NCBI GenBank assembly: GCA_951406725.2 | Contig: OX597819.1 | Coordinates: forward strand, 101,680,001-101,744,000 | DNA length: 64,000 bases | Reading direction: 5' to 3' | Source of the DNA: Octopus vulgaris | Taxonomy: Eukaryota | In this document: positions 1 through 11,676 of the stretch, piece by piece | Position numbering within the stretch: the first letter of the stretch is position 1 | How the letters are laid out: every line of letters starts with the position of its first letter | Notes under the pieces: generated by a model | What the model saw: only the letters and a program-made list of their open reading frames with translations | The model's database searches: none | Told to the model about the DNA's origin: nothing | Translations under genes and position numbers: made by a program

Positions 1-421
1 CAGCTTTCTTTATAACCTAGAGATAATTATAAGAATCTAAGCGAGCACTAAGAAAAGACCATCGGCACACAACACTCCTCTGTTAGACAATCAAAGCAAG
101 AGTGTACAAGTGAAAGAGAGAACTACAAAGTAAGAGGAAGAGATTGGAGATAGATAGAGAGAGAGAGGGAGGGAGAAAGAGAGTTAAGTGCTGTCAGAGT
201 GAGTTGAGGCTTAGAGGGAATAGAAGAAGGGGGGAAACTATCAATACAAAAAGGTTCTCCCAGCTTTGCAAGGGAATGAACGACACTTACATAATGTCAA
301 TTTGATATTTCTGACTCGACGTTGTCAGTTTGGTGAACGTGTGTTAATTTAATTCATAATTCATGAATAGTTATTAACAAGTAGAACTGTATGTAGAAAA
401 CCCTGCAGTGTTATTCAGCTT

Positions 422-607
422 CACACACACACACACACATACACTGGCTCACACATACAGAGACTCACGCACACAGTCTCATACACACACACACATACAC
501 TGGCTCACACATACAGAGACTCACGCACACAGTCTCATACACACACACACATACACTGGCTCACACATACACTGGCTCACACATACAGAGACTCACTCAC
601 ACAGTCT

Positions 608-656
<49 letters not shown>
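422..656. repeat. 56-bp-period CA-rich minisatellite (~3 units) followed by (CA)n
   Basis: ACTGGCTCACACATACAGAGACTCACGCACACAGTCTCAT-like unit; ACTGGCTC recurs at 443, 499 and 555. Confidence 0.85.
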
Positions 657-659
<3 letters not shown>

Positions 660-844
660 GAAACACACCTGCCTGCACGTATATTCGTCTATCAAACTAC
701 CCAATGTATATTTTAGTTCAAATTGTTTATTGAAAATAAATTCTTTTTCTTGCGGTTGGAATTACGCGATACGCAATCATTTACGATGGACAATCGCGTT
801 GCGCAAAACTCAACTCACATAACAAATATTTCCGTTTAGATGTA

Positions 845-848
<4 letters not shown>

Positions 849-930
<82 letters not shown>

Positions 931-952
931 TGTGTTTGTCTGAGTGTGTGTG
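849..952. repeat. (TG)n microsatellite (representative of dozens of TA/CA/TCTA/TATG tracts in the window)
   Basis: Uninterrupted GT dinucleotide run. Confidence 0.98.
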
Positions 953-1404
953 TAAATGTGTGAGTTATTCCCAACAAAGAAAAGAAAGTATTCACAATAC
1001 TCTGTTAGAAATATGCTTTGATGTATTTCAGTGCTATTCTGAAGTATCCTGTGACATCTAGTCGCGGTGCCGGATTGAATAAGCCAAATACTGAGAACAG
1101 ATCACATCTCGTATGAATTTATTAACCACAACATACGTTTGGTTGACAGATAAATGATAAGCAGATAGAAGTGTGTGCTGGACAAGCAATGATACAGTAC
1201 AAACATACAGAAATATTTTAACCATTTTAGAAACCCTCGGACAGTAGTGAAATGAGGCCCCTATATACATCACCACATATATAACGAAGCATTATGTTCC
1301 GGTTACTCAATGTCAGGGCCCTCTCTCCAATGTATTTAAGTCTTATAATGACTCTATATACAGAATTTTAGCGATAATTCAGCCGATTTTGTGAGGGTTA
1401 TTTC

Positions 1405-1629
1405 TGAGTCATATAGACTGATAGGGGCCGGTTTACCGGTTTCCGCGATGTATATATTCTCAACGTGGATGAGATGCAGGTCCGTTGCAGGATTACGCAT
1501 ATTTACCAGCCGAGTGGACTGCAGCAACATGAAATGAAGTGTTTTGTTCAAAAATACAACGCGGTCAAGGAATCAATGCTACAATCTTACGATAATGTTT
1601 CCAATTGCCTAACCACTGAGCCACGCGCT
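1405..1629 (-). mobile_element. Degenerate tRNA-headed SINE (family-B-like head, family-C-like tail)
   Basis: Minus strand starts GCGCGTGGCTCAGTGGTTAGG (A box); middle matches 10760-10815; tail ...GGAAACCGGTAAACCGGCCCC resembles 17500-17530. Confidence 0.6.
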
Positions 1630-2547
1630 TTTTAGGGCGTCGGGATATTAATTCCAAATTCTATTAGGTGATGGAAAAAGGTTCGTGGGCTGAGTGTATA
1701 TTATAGCGCCAGATGTAAATGTAACAGCACATGTGCGATGACATCTTTCATACAGAGATCTAATAAGTGTTCATTTTAAAAGAACTACATACAGCAACAT
1801 TCATAGCCTTGTGTTTACTTTAAGCCGTGGATGGTTAGGTGAGCTTTTTTAATCAGCATCAGATCCATCAATTCAATAATAGTTGAGTATATCTGAGTGA
1901 TGCAATCGTCTTTTAATCTTCTGAAGGAAATGTCGTGAACAGGTCGCACGGTAATGGTCAACCATTAAATTTCATGTCTTCGTTTTTAGGATTAATAGTA
2001 ATAATGCCTCAGAACGGTACCAGCTTGCATAATATACATTGTTTTTATCAAATATCCATGTATCATTTGAAACAGCTGTAAAGAAAAGACCAGCTTCGAT
2101 CATGTAAAGTGCGCGTAAAGTTAATATGAATACATACCATACGCCTGTTATCGTCCGTCTGTCATTCTTCGATATACACGCAATTTGGATCATTTGTGTA
2201 GTAGTCAATTTTACTACTTGTGAACTACCTCATACGCATGCAGTAATTGGAGTTTAAACACTACTTGGTGACTTTTTATCACATTCTTCTATTCGCATTT
2301 TAACAGTATGTGTGTGTGCATATATATAAATATATGCATATATGGGCACAGGACATCACCGACTGTAAACAACAGGAAGTACGAAAACGAGAGAGTTAAA
2401 AACGCAAACAACGAGAGGAAAAAATGAAAAACAGGACAAGTAACACAAAGAACGACCCTTCAGCAGTTGTTGGCTGTCTATCTTGTCCTCATTTCGAGCA
2501 TTTTTATATTTATACTCACGTATACACACATACTTGTATATATACAC

Positions 2548-2588
<41 letters not shown>

Positions 2589-2627
2589 TGATTGATTGAT
2601 TCCAGTTTCAGCTTATGAGCTGTGGCC

Positions 2628-2666
<39 letters not shown>

Positions 2667-2881
2667 CTTTATTTAAAAGCAGCAGAAATTCAACAAAACC
2701 TGTTACTCGGAGTTTCACGTTCCCGTTCGTCGGACAGTTTTTGTTGACGAACGGGAACGTGAAACTCCGAATAACAGGATTTGTTGAATTTCTGCTGCTT
2801 TTAAATAAAGCATATTACTCTACCCCTGGTAGTTGAGTACACTTTTTTCCACCTTGCTTCACATTTATGTGTTTACTCCGG
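2667..2881. mobile_element. Penelope-like terminal-repeat remnant: 65-bp inverted repeat containing a minimal hammerhead motif
   Basis: Arms 2667-2731 and 2746-2810 are reverse complements with 2 mismatches; flanked by (TA)n; related sequence at 14407-14480. Confidence 0.7.
2700..2737 (-). ncRNA. Minimal type-I hammerhead ribozyme motif
   Basis: Minus strand CUGU-CCGACGA-ACG(GGAA)CGU-GAAA-CUC(C)GAG-UA-ACAG: stems I, II and III all pair, GUA cleavage triplet. Confidence 0.7.
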
Positions 2882-2941
2882 TATATATATACACACATGC
2901 TTGCGTATATATATGTATATGTATGCGTGTATATATACATA

Positions 2942-3561
2942 TATATTTATTACTAATGAAGGCCTGTTTATAGGGTTTCACTGATTTGCTCCCATAAAGA
3001 TTGTCTTTATGGCGTATCATCAGACCTTAAAACTTGTTGGCCTATGGCCTCTTTAAAGAATGGAGGGGAAAAGGAACCGGATTTATACAATGGGGGTTAC
3101 CTTCTTCTCTGATGGCCATCGTCTGGTCATCGGCTTCCGACTATGTTGTCCTCTTTCAGCTACGCCACCTGCCGGCTGTGATGATAGAAGGTAGGGGGTT
3201 ATCACTCACTCTCATCAGCAATCAATTTCCAGCCGTGAAATTAACGATAATATTTACACCACAGCTGGAAATTGCTGATGAGAGTGGGAGATAAAATCCT
3301 AACTTGTACCCACATAGCTGACAGGTGGCATAGCTGATAGAAGACGACGTAGCTTGAAGCCGATGACCAACCGATGACCACCAGAAGAGGGAGATAACCA
3401 CCATTGTTTATATCCGGTTTGTTTCCCCCTCTATTCTTTAAAGAGGACATACGTCAACAAGTCTTAGGGTCTGATGATACGCCATGATGCCATAAACATA
3501 CACATTATGGCGGGAAACCCAGGGTAACCCTATAAACAGGCCTTCACCAGTAATAAATATA
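2942..3561. mobile_element. ~620-bp foldback (palindromic) non-autonomous DNA element
   Basis: Left arm TATATTTATTACTAATGAAGGCCTGTTTATAGGG... is the reverse complement of right arm ...CCCTATAAACAGGCCTTCACCAGTAATAAATATA; imperfect pairing continues ~300 bp to a centre near 3245. Confidence 0.8.
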
Positions 3562-3688
3562 GACTGCTCTACTTCCTTCTTAGAGTGTGCTTTTCTGCTT
3601 TTCTGTTTTTCTAAAAAGAATCGATATGTATGTGTGTGTGTGTGTGTGTGGAAATTGAGAGAGATAAAAGATAGATAAATAGATTGAC

Positions 3689-3747
<59 letters not shown>

Positions 3748-4300
3748 CAGAGAGACAAATAGAAAGATAGCTACATAGATGATTTCATTGTATTGTAAGT
3801 AATGAGAAAATTAATTTAGATAGCATACACAAACGCATTTGTGTATATATCACAGTGACATTTCCCCCATCACTCTCTCTTTTCACTCTCTCTCTCTCCT
3901 TCTTTCTCTCTATGTGTGTCTGTGTGAGTGTGTGTTCATTGTGTGAGCATGTCAATGTGCATGCTTCTGTGTGCGAATATGTGTCTCTTTGCTTGTGTGT
4001 ATATGAACGGTTCTACGGTAATAAATGTGAGTGTTTGACAATAGGATGTGAAAATATCTACATTATATTGTCTCCTTGAAGTCAGTAATGTATGCATGCG
4101 TACATACGCACGCATACACACACACATACATACACACATGCACACACACATTTATACATACAACATATACTCATAACACATACACAGGCACGCATACACT
4201 CACACACAAACTATACATTGTACGCATATGTAATCTTAGAAGTGTATATGCATTTATATTCAGTTCTTTCCAACTATACCATATACATACATACACATAG

Positions 4301-4374
<74 letters not shown>

Positions 4375-4377
4375 GTG

Positions 4378-4411
<34 letters not shown>

Positions 4412-4916
4412 TATATGTATGTATATATGTATGTGTATGCATATATGTATGTACACATGTACACATATACGTATGTATATATTCATTAACAAATATATAC
4501 ACAAATACACAGACACACACACTCACAAACACACCACACAAACATACACCACACACAAACACACACACACACTTAAATATCCATGCCCATACGCTCACAT
4601 ACATGCATACAGAGAGAAACACACATATGCTTATAGAATATACTTTCATGAGAATGAGTTGACAATAACATGTGAAAATATAAATAAAACAAATAACGTG
4701 ATTCTTTCTGCTTTCCATTCATATTTGATACACAGAAGTTTGTTTTCTAGTTTGGACGTGTTCAGCTACTAATTAAAAAGACATGTGCTTGATTCGCAGA
4801 TGTTGTCACGTCCTAAATTCGTCGCTGAGATCTTGGTCAAATCAATTGCGTTGGTGAGATATGCAGCACTCTGCATGCAGAATCTACATACACAGCGATA
4901 TACTTAATGATCTGTG

Positions 4917-4972
<56 letters not shown>

Positions 4973-5034
4973 CATCTATCTATCTCTCTATCTCTCTATC
5001 TATCTATCTATCTATCTATCTATATTTCTGTCTA

Positions 5035-5095
<61 letters not shown>

Positions 5096-5160
5096 GTATC
5101 TATCTATCTATGTATCTATCTATCTAACTATCTATGAACCTAACTATGTGTATGTCTATC
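4917..5160. repeat. (TCTA)n/(TCTG)n tetranucleotide tract
   Basis: Direct reading; abuts the LINE fragment at 5161. Confidence 0.95.
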
Positions 5161-6332
5161 GTCTGGTTTGGTCCGGACCTCCAAGTGGAGAAGAACTGGA
5201 ACGAGATAACGAGTAGGGTGGTCACTCTCGCCCGGCAATGGGCCGAGAGGAAACTGTCCCTAAAAGGTCGGGCGGAGGTGGCGAACACGTACATCGCGTC
5301 CGTCATCTACTACCGCCTGACCGTCGTACCTTGTCCCGACCCTACCATCACCAAACTACAACGCATTCTCTTTCGCTTCTTGTGGAAAGGATGCGTCCCG
5401 ATGGTCAGGCGATCCATTTGCTGTCAACACCCGTTAAAAGGAGGGCTGGGCATGCCGTGGTTGATGATGCGCAGACACGCGCTGAGATTGCGACATCTCT
5501 GACTCTATGTAGACGACGGTGAACAGGTGTGGTCGCCGTTTGTGAGGCACGCTTTCCCGCAGCTCGTCTCCATGACCGAACTGCAGTCGTGGATCAAAAA
5601 GAGGCCGAGGAAGGGCGATTGGCACGCGAGTGTCGCGTTGCTCTCAAGCAACTCTGCCGTCCCGGGTCGACCTTGAGTGACTTCAACACAACCGAAGCAT
5701 TCTATAGGGGATTCGTGGAGGGGAGGTACGACGACGAGCTCGGGGCGAACCTGGACGTCGACGAGGAGTACCTGACCCGCATGTTCAGGACGACTTTCGG
5801 GCCAGGGCCCATGGACAACTTCCAGAGATCCCTGGCCTGGCAGTGCTACCGAGAAGCGCTACCCGTTCGGGATAAGCTCTACAGACACGGTTCGAGAAAC
5901 ACGGGGCCGACCTGCCCGAGATGCGGTGAGAGCGACGAAACCGTTCTGCACGCACTCGTGCAGTGTCCAACAATTTCCGACCTATGGGCTTATGTCGAAC
6001 AACTGCTGTCACGTGTGGGACGAGTCGGTTTATCAGCTGAATCTATCGTCAATATTGTCACGCCTCCTTCCTTCAAACGGGAAGGAAGAGCTATTTTCAT
6101 CCTCCTTGTGGCTATGGCGAAAGAATGTATCTGGTGAACGCGTCTGAAAGGATTGGAGACAAACACTTTCCTCTCTGGTCAATCTCTCATCAACTTCTTC
6201 AAGTACCACTTGAAAAGGAAAGTGAGAGTAGAGAGGCAAGGTTTGTCTAGCGAATGTTTTAAAAAAAGATGGGTGAATGTAGCAAGGATGGCACGTATGA
6301 ATGACGAAGCCACCTTGAGCATAATCCTATGA
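5161..6332 (+). pseudogene. Disrupted Tx1-like ORF2 C-terminal region (post-RT, zf-RVT-type zinc finger)
   Basis: Premature TGA at 5500-5502 and 6135-6137, frameshift near 5625; frame continues to TGA 6330-6332. Confidence 0.85.
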
Positions 6333-6789
6333 ACCCAGAAATTGAAAACAGAGGGTTACCCACTTGCAAACAAATGTGGTAACATATAACAATATTGACC
6401 AAGGTTACCGTGGTCTTTTTCGTAGGCTTTTCTTCCCACGGATAAACCTTACTTGCTTTCCCCTTTACACCATATATCATAACACTGTGATACACGATCC
6501 CTATTGATCGGTTTTTTTCCCTCTTCCCCCTTTTTTCCCCTTTTTCTTCTTTTTTCATTTCTCTTTCCTTTTGTTCCTTTTCCTTTTCTTTTTTTTTTTT
6601 TTATTCCTTTTATTTTATTCAAATTTTTTTTTTGTTCTTTTCTTCCCTTTTACGATCCCTCTTGATCGAAAACCTACGCCACCCCTTTTTTTTTCTTTTG
6701 TTTTTTGTTCTCTTCATCCCCCAAAAGAAAAGCTCTACCTTGTAACTTGTCCCATCTGTGTGCAGCCCTGTGTGGCCAATAAAGAAACT
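5161..6789 (+). mobile_element. 5'-truncated L1/Tx1-clade non-LTR retrotransposon (ORF2 3' half plus T-rich 3' UTR)
   Basis: GC-rich island encoding W..RKLSLKGRAEVANT, FRFLW, PLKGGLG and a CCHC finger CPRCGESDETVLHALVQC; ends at AATAAAGAAAC near 6778-6788. Confidence 0.9.
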
Positions 6790-6869
6790 TATCTAACGAT
6801 CGATCGATCTGTCTGTTTCCCTGTCTATCTGTCTATATATATATATATATACATATTTATTACCTCCCT

Positions 6870-6906
<37 letters not shown>

Positions 6907-6925
6907 GTTCTCTCCATATCTTTTA

Positions 6926-7339
6926 TCTTTTACTTGTTTCCGTCAATAGACTGCGGCCATGCTGGGACATCGCCTTGAAGAATTTTAAATCGAATGAATC
7001 GACGCCAGTACTCTTTTTTTAAGGCCGTTACTTATTCTATCGGCCACTTTTGCTGACCCGCTAGGTTATGGAGACTAAAACACACCACCACTGATTACCA
7101 AGCTGTGGCGAGGGATAAGCACGAACACAAACACACACACACACACACACATACACACACACAAACAAACACACAGGGACATCGCCTTGAAGAATTTTAA
7201 ATCGAATGAATCGACGCCAGTACTCTTTTTTTAAGGCCGTTACTTATTCTATCGGCCACTTTTGCTGACCCGCTAAGTTATGGAGACTAAAACACACCAC
7301 CACTGATTACCAAGCTGTGGCGAGGGATAAGCACGAACA

Positions 7340-7376
<37 letters not shown>

Positions 7377-7547
7377 ACACACAAATAAACAGACACACAC
7401 ACACGCATACACACACACGATGGACTTCTTTCAGTTTCTGTCTACTAAATCCACTCACAAGCCTGGGGCTACAGGAAAAGAGACTTGCTCAAAATACCAT
7501 GCAGTGAGACTGAACATGGAAACAAACGTTTTAATACTTAGCCATGC
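6926..7547 (-). mobile_element. SINE family A (tRNA head, internal microsatellite) with a 212-bp internal tandem duplication
   Basis: Matches 21112-21611; segment starting at 6964 repeated almost identically from 7176. Confidence 0.85.
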
Positions 7548-7548
7548 T

Positions 7549-8085
7549 CGGTTCCATTGCGCGGCACCTTAAGCAAGCGTCTCCAACTATAAATCTAGGC
7601 TAACCGGTGCTTTGTGAGAGAATTTGGTTGACAGACGACTTTGGTTGTGTGGAGCCCATAGCATATATATAGATCCGAACGGTGCTGAAACTTCCTGGCT
7701 TTGGGTAAAAGAAAATACAGGTGGATCAGTTACTTATGATTTTATTCAATATATTCTCCTCTCAATTTACACACATATAGCAGCTGTCCATCAGTTTTTC
7801 TAAGCCCTAACAAAACTTGGAATATTGGGCCTCCAGCAAGGTCTTCGCAATAACCTTAAAACCAAGAACTTTTCAGAACCACCTCATATATGAGGGGTGG
7901 GTATATTTGTGTCTGTGTTTGTCACGGCACCTCTCCTTGACAAGCTGTTTTTAGTTTGCTGATGATCCCGTAGCTTAGTTGTTCATCAACGAAGACCAAT
8001 AAGATAAAAACCAGGTTTAAAAACAAATGTGGTGCCCCAGAATGACCACTGTCCAATTACAGAAAGAAGGAATGTATAAAAGAAA
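7549..8085 (+). mobile_element. Degenerate SINE family A, interrupted by a MITE
   Basis: 5' half 7549-7665 and 3' half 7900-8085 align with the 38187 copy. Confidence 0.65.
7676..7886. mobile_element. Mariner-derived MITE, copy 1
   Basis: TIR-like GGTGCTGAAA-CTTCCTGGCTTT ... AAAACCAAGAACTTTTCAGAACC; homologous to 19964, 40680, 49233, 53326. Confidence 0.75.
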
Positions 8086-8130
8086 TAGAAATTGCGTAAG
8101 CGCTTTATTAATTAGCAACCGATAATTAGC

Positions 8131-8410
8131 AACTTACTTTATGGTCTCTGTGGCCGAACAGCTAAGCTACAGAGTCGTAAACGAATCAGTATAGGTTGCC
8201 AAAGGCCGATGCAGTGACAAACGCAAGCGCAAAAACACAAAAGCACCCACACATTAACACCACACGTACATACATGTGTGTGTGTGTGTGTTGTTACACT
8301 CATGTGTTTATGTAACTGGCTTCTTTACAATATATCGGTCAGCCCGGGGCTATAGTAGAATGCATTTGCCCAAGCTGTCTCACTGTGTCCTTAACCACAT
8401 AACCATAGCT
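8131..8410 (-). mobile_element. Degenerate SINE family A
   Basis: GGTCAGCCCGGGGCTATAGTAGAATGCATTTGCCCAAG and GCCGAACAGCTAAG motifs. Confidence 0.6.
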
Positions 8411-8508
8411 TCTCTATTTATGCATGTGCTTATATTATTTTTTCCGAAATCATGCCTCCTTTGTGTGAAGTTCCTAAATCAATATCGTCAAATAAATTAA
8501 AGATTGAA

Positions 8509-8601
8509 TACGTTTATGAATGATCTGTAATATTTCCCACGAAATTTCGGGATATATTCCCGAAATTTCGTGGGAAATATTACAGATCATTCATAAACGT
8601 A
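8509..8601. repeat. Perfect 44-bp inverted repeat with 5-nt loop
   Basis: 8509-8552 is the exact reverse complement of 8558-8601; loop TATAT. Confidence 0.95.
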
Positions 8602-8800
8602 GGACGGTAAGTACTCTTTGCAATGGTGCTGGGGTTAAATCATTGTTCAGCTTTAGAATGTTATGAGAAGGTGGAACGAAATGGAGAAGATTTTTGAATA
8701 TATAAAGGCGCAGTTTTTGAAATTTTCTTTGTGATGTCGTTGTAGTATTTTTATTGGAGGTCCCTTCTTCATTTGAAAAGCTTTGTGATTTGTCTTTTTT

Positions 8801-9175
8801 CCTTTATTTGTTTTAAATTGCGACCATGCTGGAACAATTCCTTCGGGTGATCATTCGAATAAGTGAAACCCAATGCATATTTTTAAACCTGTTACTTATT
8901 CTATCGAATTATTTTGACGAGTCACTAAATTACGAGCGGTTAAACTATTCATTTCAAATGGTGGAGAGATTTAAAAAACTCAAAGACACTCACATATGCA
9001 CATATACAAGCCCACATCTTGTCTATGACAGGATTCCATACAGTTTCCGTCTACCAAATTCATTCACAAAACATTTGCCGGTCCGGAACCGTAGTACAAA
9101 ATACTTGCCCAAGGTGTCACGCAGTGGGATTCAACCTGAAATCATATAGTTACAAAGCGATCACACAGATATACC
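8801..9175 (-). mobile_element. Degenerate SINE family A
   Basis: CAGTTTCCGTCTACCAAATTC...ACTTGCCCAAGGTGTCACGCAGTGGGAT. Confidence 0.7.
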
Positions 9176-9459
9176 AGTTTACTGTCCGAATGTCTTTATT
9201 GTTGCATGCAATATCGTGTATCTTTTGCTATAGGTGTTGATTTCGTATCAGTGATGGCCAGTTCTCGTTTGAGTTGGATGAATAGAGTGTATTCGATTAC
9301 GTATTCTTCCTTTAGTTTCTCAACATGAGTGCATTAATTACCTTAATTAAACGTTGCGTTAATTATATGTTGTGTCTGAGATTGGTTGTTACTAGAATAT
9401 ATCATGTTGGCTACTAAAGGTGTGATATCAGAAATACTATTTCGTCATGTCGAAAACAT

Positions 9460-9700
9460 GAAGCTTCTCTAGTGCTAGTGCCATCATAAGATGTACACAA
9501 TACATTACAAATTGGTTGGTATCAGAAAGGGCATCCAGTCGTAGAAACCGTTTCCAAAGGGAAGCGCTCAGCGAGGCATGGTCATCTGATTAGTGTAGAA
9601 GAGCAGTAATTCCGAATATGAACCAAACTCCGACAATGACAACATATCCAAACCAACACGCAGCATGAAAGCAAACGAATTTTATTATTGTAATGATTCG
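9460..9700 (+). mobile_element. Degenerate short retroposon, RTE-type non-autonomous (second copy at 16397)
   Basis: GGTTGGTATCAGAAAGGGCATCCAGTCGTAGAAACC...CAGCATGAAA matches the reverse complement of 16397-16575; RTE assignment from recall. Confidence 0.5.
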
Positions 9701-9702
9701 AT

Positions 9703-9910
9703 GAGCTATAGCAGAATCGTTTGTACGCCGGGCGAAATGCTTAGCGGCATTTCGACATCTTTACATTCTGAGTTCAAATTCCGTCGAGGTTGACTTTGCC
9801 TTTCATCCGTTAGAGGTCGATAAAATAAGTACCAGTTACGCACTGGGGTTGATGTGTTCGACTTATTCCCTCCCGCAAAATTCCAGACCTCTTGCCTTTT
9901 GTACAAAGGA
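9703..9910 (+). mobile_element. SINE family D
   Basis: GCAGAATCGTT...GAGTTCAAATTCC...GCCTTTCATCC...GGTCGATAAAATAAGTACCAG; homologous to 32862 and 54606. Confidence 0.8.
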
Positions 9911-10552
9911 TTGTTCTTGTGTTTGTTTTTGTTCTACGTATACCTATATGAAAACCTGTAGATCTTATTCCAATCAAGATATGGGGACGATATAATACAA
10001 ACTTTTTAGTGCTGCCACTCTCCCGACACCCAGGCCATATTCCTAGCGCCCCCACCCTAGCTAACCATCACAAACTTAGACCCCTTTCTGAAGCAAATTC
10101 AAAGCAACTGTATTTAGCAAATAAATCTTAACGTAATGAACCCATTATTTTGTTGTTGTTACATGAGTTACTACCTCATTCTTGCTCCCCTTTTCTTCAA
10201 CGCCCCTTGGAACTTTCCAGGGGTGGTGTAATACCACTCACTTTAGGAACCATAAACCATAACCTAATTCCTCAAACATTGCTGGCTTGGCGTCTAGATA
10301 AAAAAAACTCGTTAACCTCACGCGAGTGCTAATCGAAACCGTTCTACACAAATTCGTTGTAGTAATGACCATAGCCCCTTCAGTATAGGAAGGACTCCGT
10401 TAGCCAAAATATATAATTTTTCATGTGATTCGATGGAGATTTTGTTACTATTTCTCGCAAATCGAACGACAACTTATCAGCTTTCTCATTGGTTCGGCGT
10501 GAGAAACCGTAGAGATTGTAAATGATGCTGGTTACTAGGTATATATATAAAG

Positions 10553-10986
10553 GGTAAAGACCCCCTTCGGTCATGAATGACCATGGGATTGCACCTAGAA
10601 AGTTACCCTCCTAGACACAAGTCCGGGCAAGGTTGTTTATGGAAGACCAGCAGTCGCCCATGCATACAAGCCTCCCCTCTCCACGCCACCAGTGTTATCC
10701 AAGGGAAAGACAAAGGTCGATACAGCTTGGCACCAGTGACGTCGCAACTCATTTCTACAGCTGAGTGAACTGGAGCAACGTGAAAAATAAAGTGCCTTGC
10801 TCAAGAACACAACACGCAGCCCGGTCCGTGATTCGAGCTCACAACCTCACGATCGTAAGCTCGACGCTCTAACCACTGAGCCATGCGCCTTCACTGCCTT
10901 GCTCAAGAACACAGCACGCAGCCCGGTCCGGGATTCGAGCTCACAACCTCACGATCGTAAGCTCGACGCTCTAACCACTGAGCCAT
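10553..10986 (-). mobile_element. SINE family B, full length, with tandemly duplicated tRNA-like head
   Basis: Head GGCGCATGGCTCAGTGGTTAGAGCG...GAGCTCGAATC; 10793-10884 repeated at 10895-10986; body matches 37718-37985 and 59722-59960. Confidence 0.9.
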
Positions 10987-11414
10987 ATATATATATATAT
11001 ATATTGTTTTGTTTCCGTGTTCCTATTTTTGTTTTTATTTAATCTTGAATGCTTCAATTCCCAAGTGGATTGCTGTGCCCTATTTGTATTCGAATGTCGT
11101 ATGAGGTATCTGTGTACCGGGTGCATGACTTTATGCATGTTATAAAACCTCCACATCCTGCCTTATCGAGATGTAATCAGTGATTTGAGTCTTGTTGTGT
11201 TGTCAGTGTCGTTTTGTTCCTCCTGTTATTTCGTGTGAGATTATCGTGTGTGGTGAAGAATACTTTTTAATTTTTTTTACTTCTCCGTTCACTTTTATTT
11301 GCTTTACGATTTACAAGGGTTTTGTTGTCTTCTTTGAATGCTTGTCCTAGTGTATTGTGTGGGTGGGAGTTCGTGTGCGATTATAGAGTTCGGTATAGTG
11401 TTCTAGAGTCGGCG

Positions 11415-11676
11415 AAGGTGGTAGTGCTGGTGATGATAGTGGTGATGCTGGTAGTGGTGGTGGTGGTGGTGGTGGTGGTGGTGACAGTGGTGGCGGCGGC
11501 AGTGATGATAGTGGAGGTGGTGGTGGTGGTGGTGGTGGTGGTGGTGATGCTGGTGGTGGTGATAGTGGTGATAGCGGTGGCAGCGGTAGTGATGATAGTG
11601 GTGGTGGTGGTGGTGGTGATAGTGGTGGTGGTGGTGGTGGTGGTGGTGGTAATGGTGGTGGTGTTGGTGGTGGTGA
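11415..11676. repeat. Compound (GGT/GAT)n trinucleotide repeat
   Basis: Direct reading; explains the poly-Val ORF. Confidence 0.95.

Noticed and set aside
2345-2505. Possible permuted hammerhead (GCTCGAAA...CTGCTGAAGGG); similar case at 47370-47430
   Set aside because: Stems I and III cannot be formed convincingly.
3274-3300. CTGATGA motifs in the foldback element (also near 3471)
   Set aside because: No stem II followed by GAAA and no stem III; not a hammerhead.
10820-10890. tRNA-Arg-like sequence on the minus strand
   Set aside because: No closed acceptor stem and it continues into a repeated SINE body; it is a SINE head, as are the heads at 17262, 21611 and 38187.
11415-11676. G-quadruplex or membrane-protein interpretation of the (GGT)n tract
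   Set aside because: Only two-G runs in an ordinary trinucleotide repeat; no evidence of function.
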